Under the pieces are notes generated by a model. The model did not search any database and was not told where the DNA came from. It saw only the letters and a list, made by a program, of their open reading frames with translations. Positions 27,900 through 40,554 of a stretch of DNA of 64,000 nucleotides are shown here, piece by piece (positions within the stretch are counted from its first letter, which is position 1; each line of letters starts with the position of its first letter). The DNA comes from Dicyema japonicum (lineage: Eukaryota; Animalia; Dicyemida): the NCBI GenBank assembly GCA_011109175.1, contig RDEW01000007.1, positions 1,675,842-1,739,841 on the forward strand. Reading direction: 5' to 3'. A program made the translations under genes and the position numbers.

Positions 27900-29040
27900 T
27901 TTTCAATTATTAAAACTATTAGAATACAGAGGAAAAAATAAGGAACGAACTTCAAAGGCAATTTCCAAAAACTCATAAATATTTACAAGAACACATAAAG
28001 GAGATTTATTTTGCCAAAAATGCTCTAAGATAGTAAAATCCTCTAAACAATACTACACGATCAACATCTTAATGGAAAAAGACATCAAACAGAATGCAAA
28101 AAAGTATAGAGACCACTCAACTTTTTCGTTTAGAAAAATTGGATATCTTTTTGTTAAAGCATTTTTAAATGCTGATATTCCACTCCAAAAAGAGGGAATA
28201 GTTATATAAAAAAGATATTTGTTAAATTATCATGCACCGTCTATTACAGAACCCCGAAAAAAATATTAATTAACTTTATGATCTACAGAAAACATTTTTA
28301 AACCAAAAAATTCTAGTTAATTATTGATGAAAATAACATTAACGGGGAAATGATATTAAATGTATTTATCTCTTTAAAAATTTCAAATTTGATATTATTT
28401 ATTAGCTATGCGGCTTATATGGTGAAGATACTGAAAAATGAAAATAATAATTTTTTCTTATTACTTGTTTTTTTATTTGCAACAAAATTGTAAAATGAAA
28501 ATAATGTTAAAATATCCGGCAGTTAACGACTTAATTTGAAAATTGAAAATTTCTCTTTCGAAATCATTACGCGTTGAGCTATGTTTGATGAGATTAAGTT
28601 ACCTCCAGATGTGATTATCACAAGATGAGGGAGTTTCTTAGAAGCGGCATTTTATTATTGTAAAAATCTCGTTCCAATAATAAAGTTAAACAATTATAAA
28701 GACGATGGGATTATTGTTGCGAATGTGAAGCAATCAATAATGAATGAAAATTTGTTTCAGAAACTCTTTGAAATTACCAAATATTAATGACTAAAATCTA
28801 ATTTAGAAAAATTGCAAAACTCACAGTATTCAATCGACAAGTTTTGTTTCAGATTTGAAAAGATTAGTTATATTTCGGTAAATGGGGATATTGAAAGGTA
28901 TGAGAAGAATGATTTAATGGATGTTGTTAAAATGACTAACAAATCATGATAAATTAATAAATCCAATGACATATTGCAACCTTCTAAAATGTCCCGCTAT
29001 TTCAAATGCTGTGGAACAATCATTCTTGTATGTGGCAGTG
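27900..29040 (+). mobile_element. Degenerate hAT (CGGBP1-like) transposase
   Basis: VKAFLNADIPLQK, LPPDVIITR(W)GSFLEAAFYY and an AVEQSF-like C-terminal motif. Many stops. Confidence 0.7.
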
Positions 29041-29338
29041 TAAAGTTTGGCTGAGCTATTTTTCCCGCCTGGGGACCTCTATTCCAATACAAGAGGGGCA
29101 CAGCCAACTCAACAGCGTCTCGGGGCAAGCTTTACTTATTTTTTATGCAGTCCACAAATGATTCACATGGCGTGCAGTTAATTCCAAATTTCCTGATATT
29201 CGATTGTCCACATAAGAGACATAACTGAGTTGTTCTTACAGGCTTTGTTCCTCGTACTTTGTCTTCTTTTCGTTCTTTATTTTCCATTATTAAATTTTAT
29301 TTTTAAATAAATATTTATAAATATATTTACAGTGGCGA

Positions 29339-29860
29339 ATGAATTAATTGATTCTTAATTTATTTTTATTAATATTTTTTTCTGTTGTTTGTAAAGAAAA
29401 AATAAAATATTCAAAATGTGACTGTAATTGATGCAAATATATTTTAGCTACCCACCTGAAATTGGGGAAATTTATGTTCATCCATCGAAAAACGGAAGAT
29501 TGGTAGTAAAGAAAAATGCCATATTGAAAGCCTTTATCGGTGTAAAATTTCGTAATATGAATTTATAAGTATTTATAGATAACAGAGTGGAAAATTTGAC
29601 AGTTTCAATTATACTCTGATTGGGATTTCTAAAACTGTCTATAAATCTGCTAATCCTAAAGAATTTCTGATAAATAATGTCCCCTTCGAAGTCTCTGAAA
29701 CCGCATTGATTTTGTTTGACTATTATAACTCGTGTGCCTTTGGAATTGTACCTATTTAATTTTTTAGAAGTTTGGCATTAAACCAAAAATAAAATTGATT
29801 CTTGAGAATCAGCATAGGCATACTCATTTGTGTGTTCGCTTCGAGGCAATTTTAGGATAA
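29339..29860 (+). CDS. Secreted ML/NPC2-like lipid-recognition protein (needs frameshift corrections)
   Basis: Hydrophobic leader then KEKIKYSKCD, ..GEIYVHP.., C-terminal KIKLILENQHRHTHLCVRFEA. Three tiny GT-AG introns in an NPC2-like layout. Start codon uncertain. Confidence 0.5.
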
Positions 29861-30311
29861 AATTTAATAGCAAATACTAACATTGAGTAATTAATGATTT
29901 TCTGGTTTTCTTGTAAAAATATCTAAATGGGATACACATCCAATAATTTGTGAACACGTGACTCAGGTAATCGGTCTTCTTAAATTAGAACTCCAAAAAA
30001 TAGTCATTTCTTTACTAATGCAACTTACCTTTACCGATTAAAGCAAGCGGCTAATACATTATACGACAAATATTATATTAGACACCTGCGGAGAGCCTGT
30101 CGCGTGCTTCGGTTATTTGACAAACTACGCTGAGTCTCTTCTGGGACCTCTACAGCTCGCATTTGTTGTGCACGTGTCCTAAATTCGGTTAACCGATTGC
30201 TATTTTCAAAAAAACTTATATTTTCATTAACAATATTAATATTATTATTTAGTTAATATCATTTTATTTTAAATAATTTAAATTAAAACGTGATTATTAC
30301 TTCTTGTTGTG

Positions 30312-30826
30312 ATGGTTTTCTAATTATGTTATAAACATAGTCTGAAAAAACTGCACCAAAGAGGCGTACTTTCCAGAGATTTAAGTACAGAGGATACAGT
30401 GTTGACCAATTGGTTGAAATGAGCAAGACAGAATTTGCTGATCTATGTCCAGCCAGAATTCGTCGTCACCTTAGAAGATGCGGAGGAAATCGTCAAGAGA
30501 ATAAGCTTCTCTCTAAACTGGCCAAATCCAAAAGAGAGGCTCCGGAGCACGAAAAGCCGAAGGTATAGTGGAGATGCATAATTTAAGATCGTTAAGACAC
30601 ATTTACGTAATATTGTGGTAACTCCCGTCATGATTGGATCCTGTGTTGGGGTCTACAACGGGAAAAATTACAACAGAGTGGAGATTAAGGTTTGGAAATG
30701 TTTTATTTTCAGCCTGAGATGGTTGGGCGTTATTTGGGAGAATTTTCCATGACTTACAAGCCCGTGCAACACGGGAGACCAGGACATGGTGCCACGCATT
30801 CATCCAGATTTATTCCTCTTAAATAA
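30312..30826 (+). CDS. RPS15: 40S ribosomal protein S15 (uS19)
   Basis: ATG-only first exon; [29 protein letters not shown]|[24 protein letters not shown]. Introns 30315-30340, 30563-30587, 30690-30712. Confidence 0.98.
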
Positions 30827-30889
30827 TTTTTACTTTTTGAGTTTCCGTTTTTTAAATCAATATTCGAAATTAAAGTAATTTTTTAAGTC

Positions 30890-31540
30890 AAGGGCTCCAT
30901 TATGGCGTGCAGGTATTGAGCACGCAATGTGAGTTACCCCTCATGATCGCGAGTCCAATGTTCTGGAAGATTTATATTGTCATTTTATGCTCTCCCTTCC
31001 ACTGTAAGCCGACCGATCAGCCTTGTGGAGTTTGATGCACTGGGCAAGCACGTCTGCCGTCTTAACGGAGATAACCGATTCCCAATGCTACGTTATTTTT
31101 TTTTTAGAATCTTTAGCAATCCTCGATGCGGAATGACCTCACAGCGATTATTTGTTGGATTTAATTTTGAAAAAGTGTCCGTGCACGTTGAGATCCAAGT
31201 AAGACACCTCCCATGGCTCCATGCAGGGTCGTTACCCCATTCGGCCTCTTTCAAGTCCGACGGGATCCATAAGGCTAGTAAACCCGGAGTCTTGGATAGT
31301 TTTTATGATAGTCGAGGAAATGTCCTGGCGCTTAGTCTCCATGACAGCGGATTTGGTCCTTTCCTGTCAACTGCTCCACCGCATAAGAGCAACAACAATA
31401 GTATCGTGAAAACTTTTGTAAAGTAGCGTCAGATTCGTATATTAAAATTCAGGCTTTGTTATTTGGAACGATTCAGATTTAAATTAATGAAAGCTGTCAG
31501 TGCCTCAATAAGTGATGATGTCCCAGGCCAGGAGTCTGTG
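30890..31540 (-). mobile_element. Old CRE-clade 3' fragment
   Basis: Reverse strand reads DSGFTSLMDPVGLERG..WSHGRCLTW..TCTDT..IGLAIMRGNSH. Confidence 0.75.
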
Positions 31541-31661
31541 CCAAAAAAGAAGTCGGACTGTAAACAAAATTTAATTCCAAGGAAAATTATATTAAAATTT
31601 GCATAAAATAAGATAATTTAAAATATTTAAAAATAAAAATATTCTAATTAAATACTTCCTA

Positions 31662-31803
31662 GAGGGTTCAATTTGACAATGCGCTCTCGAAGTTGTTTTA
31701 GCAACCAGAATCGAACCTGCCTGAGGAGGCTGGCGAACAGGCAGGCGAGGAAGGTTGTTGATTAATAAATATATTAACTTCTTTATTCGTTTGTTAAATA
31801 AAG
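31662..31803 (+). mobile_element. 142-bp 5'-truncated retroposon insertion with 21-bp TSD
   Basis: attctaattaaatacttccta at 31641-31661 and 31804-31824. The insert ends NR..LRRL..* like an RTE C-terminus. Confidence 0.7.
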
Positions 31804-32229
31804 ATTCTAATTAAATACTTCCTAAATTAGAATTAAAAATTACCAAATTAGGAAATTTAGAAAATTCCGACTATCTCACTATAAATACTATTTGCGCCAA
31901 TTTTTTTAATTTTCGTGTTTGGGTGTATTTCTGCAAATTGAACAGTTTTATGGAATTCACGAGTTCTACTAAAATTGTTCACCGACATTACATTTCTGCA
32001 TATTTATATTCAAATTCGAAAATATACAACAAAAATTAAATTACCTGATCAAATGAAATCAATCCAACTTGTCTTCTAATACTCCACACCCACGTGGATT
32101 TTTCATAGCCATCAAGGCGTTACTTCTATCCCCGATTTGGAGTCCCCCAAGAGGTTCCTTCCGAAGATGAGAATACATTTTTAAAGCGGATGCCTTCCTT
32201 GATCTCAAATCATTGAATAATTCATTTCG

Positions 32230-32545
32230 TCATTGATTTTGTCAGTCAAAACCACTTGTTTTTGAATTTATTACAAATACTCTTTGCACCTTTATTTAGT
32301 TCATATTCTGGTGTTCCCCTTTGAATATCTGTCTAAAATCACCTGCTAATACAAATACCGATCCACCAAACGGTACATCAGAGTGTTGCGAAAAGTTCTA
32401 TCAACTGCTTCAAATGCTCTTTTACTTACCATTGTGCACTCATCCATACTATTAGATTACAATCACGTATAATATTCTTTTTAGAATTTTAATTTTCTAA
32501 GGGACCGATCTCTTGAATAGGTCGAATCATCTTATTTGCAATGAA
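32230..32545 (-). mobile_element. Helitron PIF1-helicase relic
   Basis: DECTMVSKRAFEAVDRT, DVPFGG..VLAGDFRQI. Confidence 0.8.
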
Positions 32546-32642
32546 TATCTTTTTTAACTTTTTTTTAAAATTTCTTATTTTGCAATAAATCTATTTTTAA
32601 TTTTTTTTTTTCTAATAAAAAATTTTTTTAACAATTAACAAA

Positions 32643-32980
32643 GCTCGGCGCAGTCTGCTGGATCGGCAGCCGATCTGGCCGAAAAAATCAAGATTAAAAA
32701 ATATGGCGAAATTGGAGACCGCTACCGTTTTGTACCGATAGCAATCGAGACGTCTGGTGCGGCTGGAAGTATTACAGCCTCTTTCCTAAAGGAAATCGGG
32801 GGAAAATTGGCCCACCGCAAGAAAGACGTGCGGGAAGCGGTCTGGCTGAGGCAAAGAATTGGTATCGCTGTTATTCGCGGAAACGCTTACTCCGTGATGT
32901 CAGCAGCCGCTCTCCCCCATAGTTAATAAATAATATTTTATTGTTAATAAATTTTTGTTTTATAAAAAAAAAAAAAAATT
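32643..32980 (+). mobile_element. Young 5'-truncated CRE copy, near-identical to 39107-39450, with poly(A)
   Basis: Direct nucleotide match with few substitutions, ending in poly(A). Confidence 0.95.
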
Positions 32981-33714
32981 AAACAAATGTTTTTTTAATT
33001 AAAATGTAAATTCATGGGAGACGCTGCTTTCATTATAGAAGAAGCGTACACCACAAATAATAATTATCAGTGGAACAAACAGCATCAGCAATAATGGAAG
33101 AAAGAGGATCCAGGTCAGTCTGAAGATTCCCAAAGAGAGAATACTTTTCTCATGACATCATTCAGTACCAGAGACGACTTTACTGCTATCAATACACAAT
33201 CAAGATTATTTGCTTCCACGGATGCCTATACAGACTGTAAAAATTCTGCCGTGTAATGGGTGCATTTATGACCACCCTTGAGCCCATTAAAGAAAATATA
33301 ATTTGTTTGACTGCCAGGAAATCGTTTGGAACTATTGATTTCTCTAACCATTTCATTATCTGTTACTAACATACAATTATTAGCAAATTAGGAAATGGAT
33401 CAGAGAATTCAGGATAGAGATATTCTAGTCTCGAACAAAGCAGTAAAATGTACTCTGGAGGTGACGTTATATTCTGATTATTATCCTTGTATTTTCCCCA
33501 AGACGCATTAAAAATTCAGAATGTGAAAGAGAGGCATCCAAAATCCGCATATTTATGGTTAACCCAAATTTCTTCATGTCTAATATAGATTCGAACGTAA
33601 TACACATAAGTAGCTTAAATTTGTTTTAAAGTGCTTAGGAGACTTGAAATAAGTATTTTATTATTGCATTTGAAAGAAGAGTGTTTAAATATGCAGTTTA
33701 ATAAAAAAATAAAT

Positions 33715-34065
33715 GTTTGATTTTTACCCACGTGGGCTGCCTCCCATTGTCCCTCATCTCCGGGATCTTGTATTAGTGCCTAGCGTTTTACATTGGAGGA
33801 GTAGTAGTAATCTTTCATTGCGATATTCATGGGAAGGGGGATATTGGATCCAACTTCATAACGTGTCTAAAAAGTCTCCAACGAGAGCTAATGATCTTGA
33901 GACTTAATGGTGTACAGTCCATTCCGCGAGATCTTTGATGACCAGGACATTCCAGTTATGTTTCTTAGATGATTCCTGTGAAACGAGTCTAGCCTCTCCA
34001 ATTCCTCTTTTGAGGTGCCCCAGGTCCCAGAGTTGTATATAAGAATTGGTTAGATAAAGGTGTCG
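33715..34065 (-). mobile_element. RTE 3' fragment
   Basis: PILIYNSGTWG..LERLDSFHRNHLR..SRWRLFRHV. Confidence 0.8.
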
Positions 34066-34099
34066 TATAATATTATCCTGTTCATAATTAAAACATAAA

Positions 34100-34340
34100 A
34101 CTTGAACCCCAATCCCTTATCCCTAACCTTAAACCCTAACCCTTAAACTCTAACCCTAAGTCCTAACCCTTAAACCCTAATCGCTAACGCATAAACCTCA
34201 ACTCCTACCCCTTAAACTTTAATCCCTAACGCTTAAAACTTAACCCTACCCAATTCCTAAATATAGACCTTAACCACATCTTTAAACCATAACCTTTATC
34301 CCTAAACCTAAAAATATCTAAAACCTATCCTTAACCATGT
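34100..34340 (+). repeat. Degenerate interstitial telomere-like (CCCTAA/CCTTAAA)n tract
   Basis: ccctaaccttaaaccctaacccttaaactctaaccctaag... over about 240 bp. Confidence 0.85.
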
Positions 34341-34399
34341 CTAATTATATTCTTTACACTAAATCTAATCTCCACATTTAGCCAAAAAGATTAAAAAAT

Positions 34400-34920
34400 A
34401 TTTGATTAAATATAGGGTATTTACCATTTAATAGTCGACTCAACGGATCAATCAATAATACAAATAACTGTGGAGATAAGGAATCTCTTTGTAATATTCC
34501 CCTTCTAAGATTAACCACACCAAGCGATTTTCCATTAAATTTTAGTTGGAATGTTCACATTTTCATAAGTTTTTTTATAAACGTAATAATTTATATAGGT
34601 AATCCAGAGTTCGTACAGAAAGCCCAGAATCGAACGCATTCTTTAAATCGATCCAAGTCGAGCGTAAATTGGCCGACTGTTTGTTAATGCATTGGTTGAA
34701 CAAGGCTTGTTCCTTTGCGCCCTGGCACATTCTACGAGTTCCTAACTGGTTATCACTGATTAGATCGAATGCTTCAATATATTTGTTTAGCTTGCTATTC
34801 ACCCACTTTGTTGTCAATTTATAGAGGTTAAACATGCACGTGATCGGTCTAAGGTCCTTCGGAGAGTCACAAACTCTTTCTTCGGGTTAATGTAAGTGAC
34901 ACCAGTGAAAAACCATGCAT
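34400..34920 (-). mobile_element. R4/NeSL-like RT fragment
   Basis: RPITC..NLYKL, NQLGTRRMCQGAKEQ, WIDLKNAFDS, GILQRDSLSP. Confidence 0.75.
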
Positions 34921-35044
34921 CATAAAATAATGTATAATAATAATTAATTTTAGTTATATTTTTTAAAATTAAAATTGCAATTTTATGCAATTTTAATAAA
35001 TGCTTGAAACTTTTTGCAATTATTTTTCAAATAAAAAATGACAT

Positions 35045-35510
35045 CATTTTTCGAGCCCTCAAGGCTGCGGATTTCCGGCCCAATTGGAACCATTGGGCTT
35101 AGACAGAGGCAACGGGAAGAGGCTGGATGGAATGACGTTATTCCCATACTCCACAGAAAATCACTTGTCTGGGACGCAACGTGTGTGGAGACCTTCTCAG
35201 GAGCCAGATTGCTGACGGCGACGCACTCTCCTGGAGACGCAGCCGACCAGGTGGAGGTCAATAAGATCATAAGTACGAATCTCTCGGAGACCATTACCAT
35301 TTCGCCCCCATTGCTGTGGAGACAACTGGAACTGTAGCGCGAAGACGGACGCCTTTCTCCACAGCATTAAAAGCAAACTCGCCTCAAAAAGATGCGAGCC
35401 ACGAGAGGGACTCTGGTTGAGGCAGAAACTCGAAATGGCAATTATCAGATGTAACCCCTTCGCCATTCTGTCGTCCTAATTATTGTCTAAATTAATTTAT
35501 TTGTTGAATA
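35045..35510 (+). mobile_element. CRE-clade 3' fragment
   Basis: KSLVWDATCVETFSG..HSPGDAA, PIAVET, WLRQKL.MAIIR.N. Confidence 0.85.
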
Positions 35511-35728
35511 AAAAACTAATATTTAAAAAAAATAAGTTAAAAAAATTTTAAAAAATTTTAATAATTTAAATTTTTTTAATTAATTGAGAAAAGATTCTGA
35601 ATTTTTTAAATATTAATAAAGTTTTTGTTAATTTAAATTAATAAAATATCATTAAAATGACACTATTCATATTGACTAGTTTTTTGCTTTTTATTTTGAA
35701 AATATTAACGATTTTAACTAAAAATTAC

Positions 35729-36409
35729 GGTATTAGGACATTTAGCCGACAATTCAATTAAGCATAAATTATCAAAATACAGTATGTATTTTAATAACGG
35801 TAAAAATGGAATTTACACAAACCACTCGTGGAAAGAGAAACTTCTGCATGATGGCTATGCCTACATTATGGATAGACTGACAGGAAAATGCAAAGGCAGA
35901 GTAACAATGTCATATATTGGAGATGTGAGCTAAAAGGAAAATGCAAAGGCAGAGTAAGAACTGTTAACGAAGAACTTAATGGAACTATGACACCACACGA
36001 ACATCCACTAAATGCAGGACGTTACATGCGCTGAAAACCGTCAATACGATAAAGAAGAGACGAGAGATTCTGAAGAAACTACATCCTATTTATGCTGCTG
36101 TGCGCTACCCAAAAAAGAAACCCTTGTACGCACTGTTCAACGACAGCGTACAGATCAAATACAAAACGGTAATGTTCTAACTGATGAACTTCAAAGAACT
36201 CTCAGAGGAGATGATTTTGTGCTACACGATAGTGATGGATGTAACTTTTTAACTCATTTTATTTGATCTTTTTATCTTGAATTTTATCTCTGAATTTTAA
36301 AACAATGTGCTAATAAAAGTATGGAAAATTTCTTAGTTATTTGTGCTAAATTTCCTTTAGGCCAAATGTCTGTCTGCCAAATGTCCTGTCGGCCAAATGT
36401 CTGGACACC
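35729..36409 (+). mobile_element. Non-autonomous MULE (FLYWCH remnant) with TIRs and 9-bp TSD
   Basis: TSD aaaaattac at 35720-35728 and 36410-36418. Imperfect TIR ggtattaggacatttagccgaca / tgtcggccaaatgtctggacacc. Relic peptide TTRGK..DGYAY..CKGRV..HEHP. Confidence 0.85.
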
Positions 36410-36529
36410 AAAAATTACACCATTCAACTCAGAAAAATCTGAATTATCAGAAAACTAATTTTTATTTATGATCGGTTCTAGTAAAGTTACGTACGGACAG
36501 TGACATTATATATATTAATTTGATAAAAT

Positions 36530-37040
36530 AAATGGCCTGCACCTCTCGCCTGCAGGAGGAGCGCTGGCAGATCCCCAAAGCACAAGGCTCTGAATGAAAT
36601 TGTCAGGCGAGCTATGATGCTGCTGGATACTCGGCCATTCTTGAACCGGTCGGTTATGCAGAAGTGACGGGAAACGACCGGACGGGATGACCATATTTTT
36701 ATTTGAGGCCGGAAACATGGTTTGGGATGTGACATGTTCGCCAGAAAATCTTCACGAGAGTGCTACAAGGGCCTGTTCAGCATCCGTAAAGGCGGAGAAG
36801 GTCAAACTCGTTAAATACGTCGACTTTCCCGATGATGTCAAATTTGTTCCCCTTTCTATGGAGACTTCGGATCCTACTCTCCTCTACACTCGAGTTTTTG
36901 ACGTCTTGGAAACCGATCACCTCATGCACTGAGATCTCCGTGAACGCCGCTGGCTATTTGAGCGAATTTCGCTCGCAATTTTGAGAGGGAACAGCCACGC
37001 AGTGAATGCGCAACTACCTGACTTCTATTTAAAAAAATAA
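36530..37040 (+). mobile_element. CRE-clade 3' fragment with A-rich tail
   Basis: GLHLSPA.RSAGRSPKH..LEPVG..DGKRPDG, FVPLSMETS, WLFERISLAILRGN. Confidence 0.88.
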
Positions 37041-37051
37041 ATAATAAAATA

Positions 37052-39450
37052 TTCGAAGGAAAACTTTCGAAGGCGACGTCCGAGCGGCGTTGCGCGTCGT
37101 CGCCAGCGACGAAGCTGTTATGGCTGCGACACCTGAAGTGCTAGAACTACTCAGACATAAACATCCATGTGCTCCGGAAGATTACCGCCCATTCGTGCTT
37201 CCGGGAAATTTGTCAAGGATGACCGTCACCGAAGGCGAAGTGCGACGCGGCATTTCGTCCTTTGCGGCGAGTAGCAGTGGAGGCATCGATGGCTTGCGGC
37301 CGGGTCACATCAAAGATCTTACGGCGGAGGCTACTGCAGAAGCTGGCTGCAACCTTGTCAAATCAATTACAAAACTGGTTATGCGTATTTTGAACGGAGA
37401 TATTCCTCCCCACGCAAGGGAGCTCCTTTTCAGTGCACATTTATTGGCCTTCAAAAAACCTGAAGGTGGGGTCCGCCCCATCGCAGTCGGCAACTATTTC
37501 AGAAGATTGACAGCGAAAATTGCATGCAGCATTGTCTCTCCGAGAATATCTGAAGAATTTTCCCCCTCCAACTGGGGGTGGTGTAAGGAACGGATGCGAG
37601 GCGGCAGTGCATGCTGCGAGGTGTTTTTTTGGACAGAATGACGAACAAAACCCACACATTGGGGTCAAGCTGGACATCTGCAATGCCTTCAATTCATTGA
37701 GGAGGGATCAAATTTTCGAAACTACAAGCAAACGAGCCCCGGAACTTATTCCACTTGTCTTCCTCGCTTACGGAACAATTCTTCACTGGTTTTCGGGGAC
37801 AAGATTATCTGTTCGGAGACCGGAGTTCAACAAGGAGACCCACTTGGTCCACTACTCTTCGCTCTGGCCATCGATGAAATTGTCCGCTCTATAAACACAC
37901 AACTTAACCTTTGGTATCTCGATGACGCCACAATTGGAGGGCCGTGGAGAAAAGTACACGACGTTCTGTCACATGCCGTGCCAGCACTACGAAACCTCGG
38001 ACTTGAGATAAACATAAAGAAATCGGAGCTAATAAATATCACATACTCGGAGAGTGATTTCATCAACGTGGTCGAGTCTTTCAACTCGGTATTACCTGGA
38101 ATTACTGTCGTACCCAGGGAGCGGACATACTTTCTTGGGTGCCCACTTGACGAAAAGGAACTGCGGAGCCATCTACAAACAAAAGAGGATGAACTCTCCA
38201 GAGTCACGAAAACTTTCCTTACTCGATGGTCATACAGCGTTTTCCTTTTGAAGAATAGCATCGGCTTGCCCAAACTCCTATATGCTCTCCGATGTTCTCC
38301 CTGCTTCAAACATCGTGACATCCTCCTGTCACTGGATAGGACATTGAGAAAATCAGCTGAATTACTTCTAAACATCCAGTTTGATGCGCCGAGTTGGAAC
38401 CAATGCAAGCTTCCTACACGCCTCGGAGGAACGGGTCTCAGGTCGGCGCTGGAGATCGCCTATCCAGCATATGTGTCATCGCTCTCAAGTGGAAGCCTTT
38501 TGGTCCAAGAAATCCTACGTATTACAACCGGACTCTCTTGGGAAAAAGTCTTCGACGAAGCTCGTTGCGAATGGTGTGAAACTGGTTTGGATATGCCGAA
38601 CGATCCTTCGAGGCAACGTGACTGGGATGATATTTACTCCAAGAATATCTTCGACGTGCTAAAGTCTGAGGCCAACCAGCATCGTCTTGCATGCCTCGTG
38701 TCCGCCGCCAACCATGGGAGCGGAGCGTGGCTGGATGCACTCCCGTCTTCCTCCCTGGGGACCCTATTGGACGATGACTGTATTCGGATTGGAATCGCAC
38801 AACGCCTGGGAGCTGATGTTTGCGTCGAACACCAATGTCGCTGTGGAGGGATCGTCGATGCCAAAGGGCTGCACCCGCTCTCGTGCAAAAGGAGTGCGGG
38901 CAGAGCACCCCGCCATGCTGCTATGAACAACATTGTCTTGCGAGCTCTTGAAGCGGCAGGCTTCCCGGCAGTATTGGAACCTGTGGGATTGGACCGCGGA
39001 GATGGGAAAAGACCGGATGGGTTAACTATCTTTCCGTTCACTGAGGGAAAATCGCTCGTATGGGACTGCACTGTTGTGGATTCTTTCTCGAACTCGATGA
39101 TGCTCAGCTCGGCGCAGTCTGCTGGATCGGCAGCCGATCTGGCCGAAAAATCAAGATTAAAAAATATGGCGAAATTGGAGACCGCTACCGTTTTGTACCG
39201 ATAGCAATCGAGACGTCTGGTGCGGCTGGAAGTATTACAGCCTCTTTCCTAAAGGAAATCGGGGGAAAATTGGCCCACCGCAAGAAATACGTGCGGGAAG
39301 CGGTCTGGTTGAGGCAACGAATTGGTATCGCAGTTGTCCGCAAAAACGCTTACTCTGTGATGTTAGTCGCCGCTCTCCCCCACAGTTAATAAATAATATT
39401 TTATTGTCAATAAATTTTTAAATTTAAAAAAAAAAAAAAAAAAAAAATAA
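37052..39450 (+). mobile_element. Young CRE-clade non-LTR retrotransposon (RT + CCHC + PD-(D/E)XK RLE), 5'-truncated, poly(A)
   Basis: GGVRPIAVG, KLDICNAFNS, GVQQGDPLGP, WYLDD, CRCG..H..C..RH, KRPDG..WDCTV, FVPIAIETSG. Only a few single-base indels. Confidence 0.97.
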
Positions 39451-39519
39451 ATAAATTAAAAATTTTTTTTGATTTTTTCTAAGTCCTCCGTAACGCGTAG
39501 CGCTTGTGGCACAATCAAG

Positions 39520-39625
39520 AAACAGTTGAGCTCACAGATGGTCACCCATCCAATTACTTACACAGTTTTAACCGCTTAACTGTTGTGGTCGGATGTGAAC
39601 AGGTGCTTAGGCCTAACCATCACGG
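39520..39625 (-). ncRNA. Second 5S rRNA-like copy
   Basis: Reverse complement taagcacctgttc..gaccac..agttaagc..tgtgtaagtaattggatgggtgacc..tgtgagctc is homologous to 11180-11270. Confidence 0.65.
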
Positions 39626-39629
39626 ATTC

Positions 39630-40040
39630 GATACTTGAAAATTCTCGATGTCACATTTTCAAAATTATTCAAATCTTACTATCCTCAAGCTTCCAAAAAT
39701 ACAACAGCATTCTTCAACCCCTTGATATGGAATTATCATTTTTTTAAATCTTCATGTTCAAATGTCCTCTATGAAGCAATTTGTATCGACAATAATTATG
39801 TAAATTATTATGAGACTTGTTAAGATAAATATGGACAAGTTGTCGTATTTGTTGAAGCCTGGAATCGAGTAACTAGTGGTTGCAAGTTAATAGACATCCA
39901 ATTTAGTGAAATTGAAAATAACACATTTATATGATGGGTGTGATAAAATTGAAATCATATTTTAAAGACACAAAAAATATAATAATCTTTAAAATTCATT
40001 ATTTAATGCTTGTACTGAAACATTGAGAATATTACGAATT
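39630..40040 (+). mobile_element. Tigger/pogo DDE C-terminal relic
   Basis: LPKNTTA.LQPLD.GII..FK, VEAWNRVT. Confidence 0.65.
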
Positions 40041-40554
40041 CAGACTGAACATCTCCAAGAAATTACAGAAAAATCCAATATTGGGGGAAAATTAGCGATT
40101 AGTTTTTTAATTAATAAATAAAATGGCTTTTTTATTTTTACGTGCTAGCTTGATATTTTTAAAATAAATTTTAATAAACTATTTTTTGAAAAGTTGGCGT
40201 TAGACATGTCGACTCAAAAAGTTCTAGTAGCTGCATAAAGTAATTTGAGTTGCTGAGGGACAACTCGCCTAGAAAAAATAATATAGGGGTAAAAATTAAA
40301 TGTTAAGATAATTTTTAAACATTTATTACATGGAAACGTATACGCAATCCTATCTGTAAAGGCTTAATTATTTAAATTTTCTTTTTTTGTTAATAAATTG
40401 ATTCCCCCTATTAAAATGGTAAGAGAGTTGTGGGACAGCGAATGCCCGTCAAGCATACTATCTCTATTTTTCTATGGTCTGTTAATTCAAAGCCTTCCAA
40501 CCTCCCAATAAGAAAAGACGGTTTATTGATTGAAATAATCACGCAAAGTCGGAA

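Noticed and set aside
30977-31426. Long ORF-track frames such as 30977-31426, 19908-20546, 37827-38408, 7869-8306
   Set aside because: Antisense shadows of TE or actin coding sequence.
36355-36410. Short direct repeats (gccaaatgtc x3) and the 63419-63779 motifs as CRISPR-like arrays
   Set aside because: They are subterminal repeats of transposons, with no spacers or cas genes, in a eukaryotic context.
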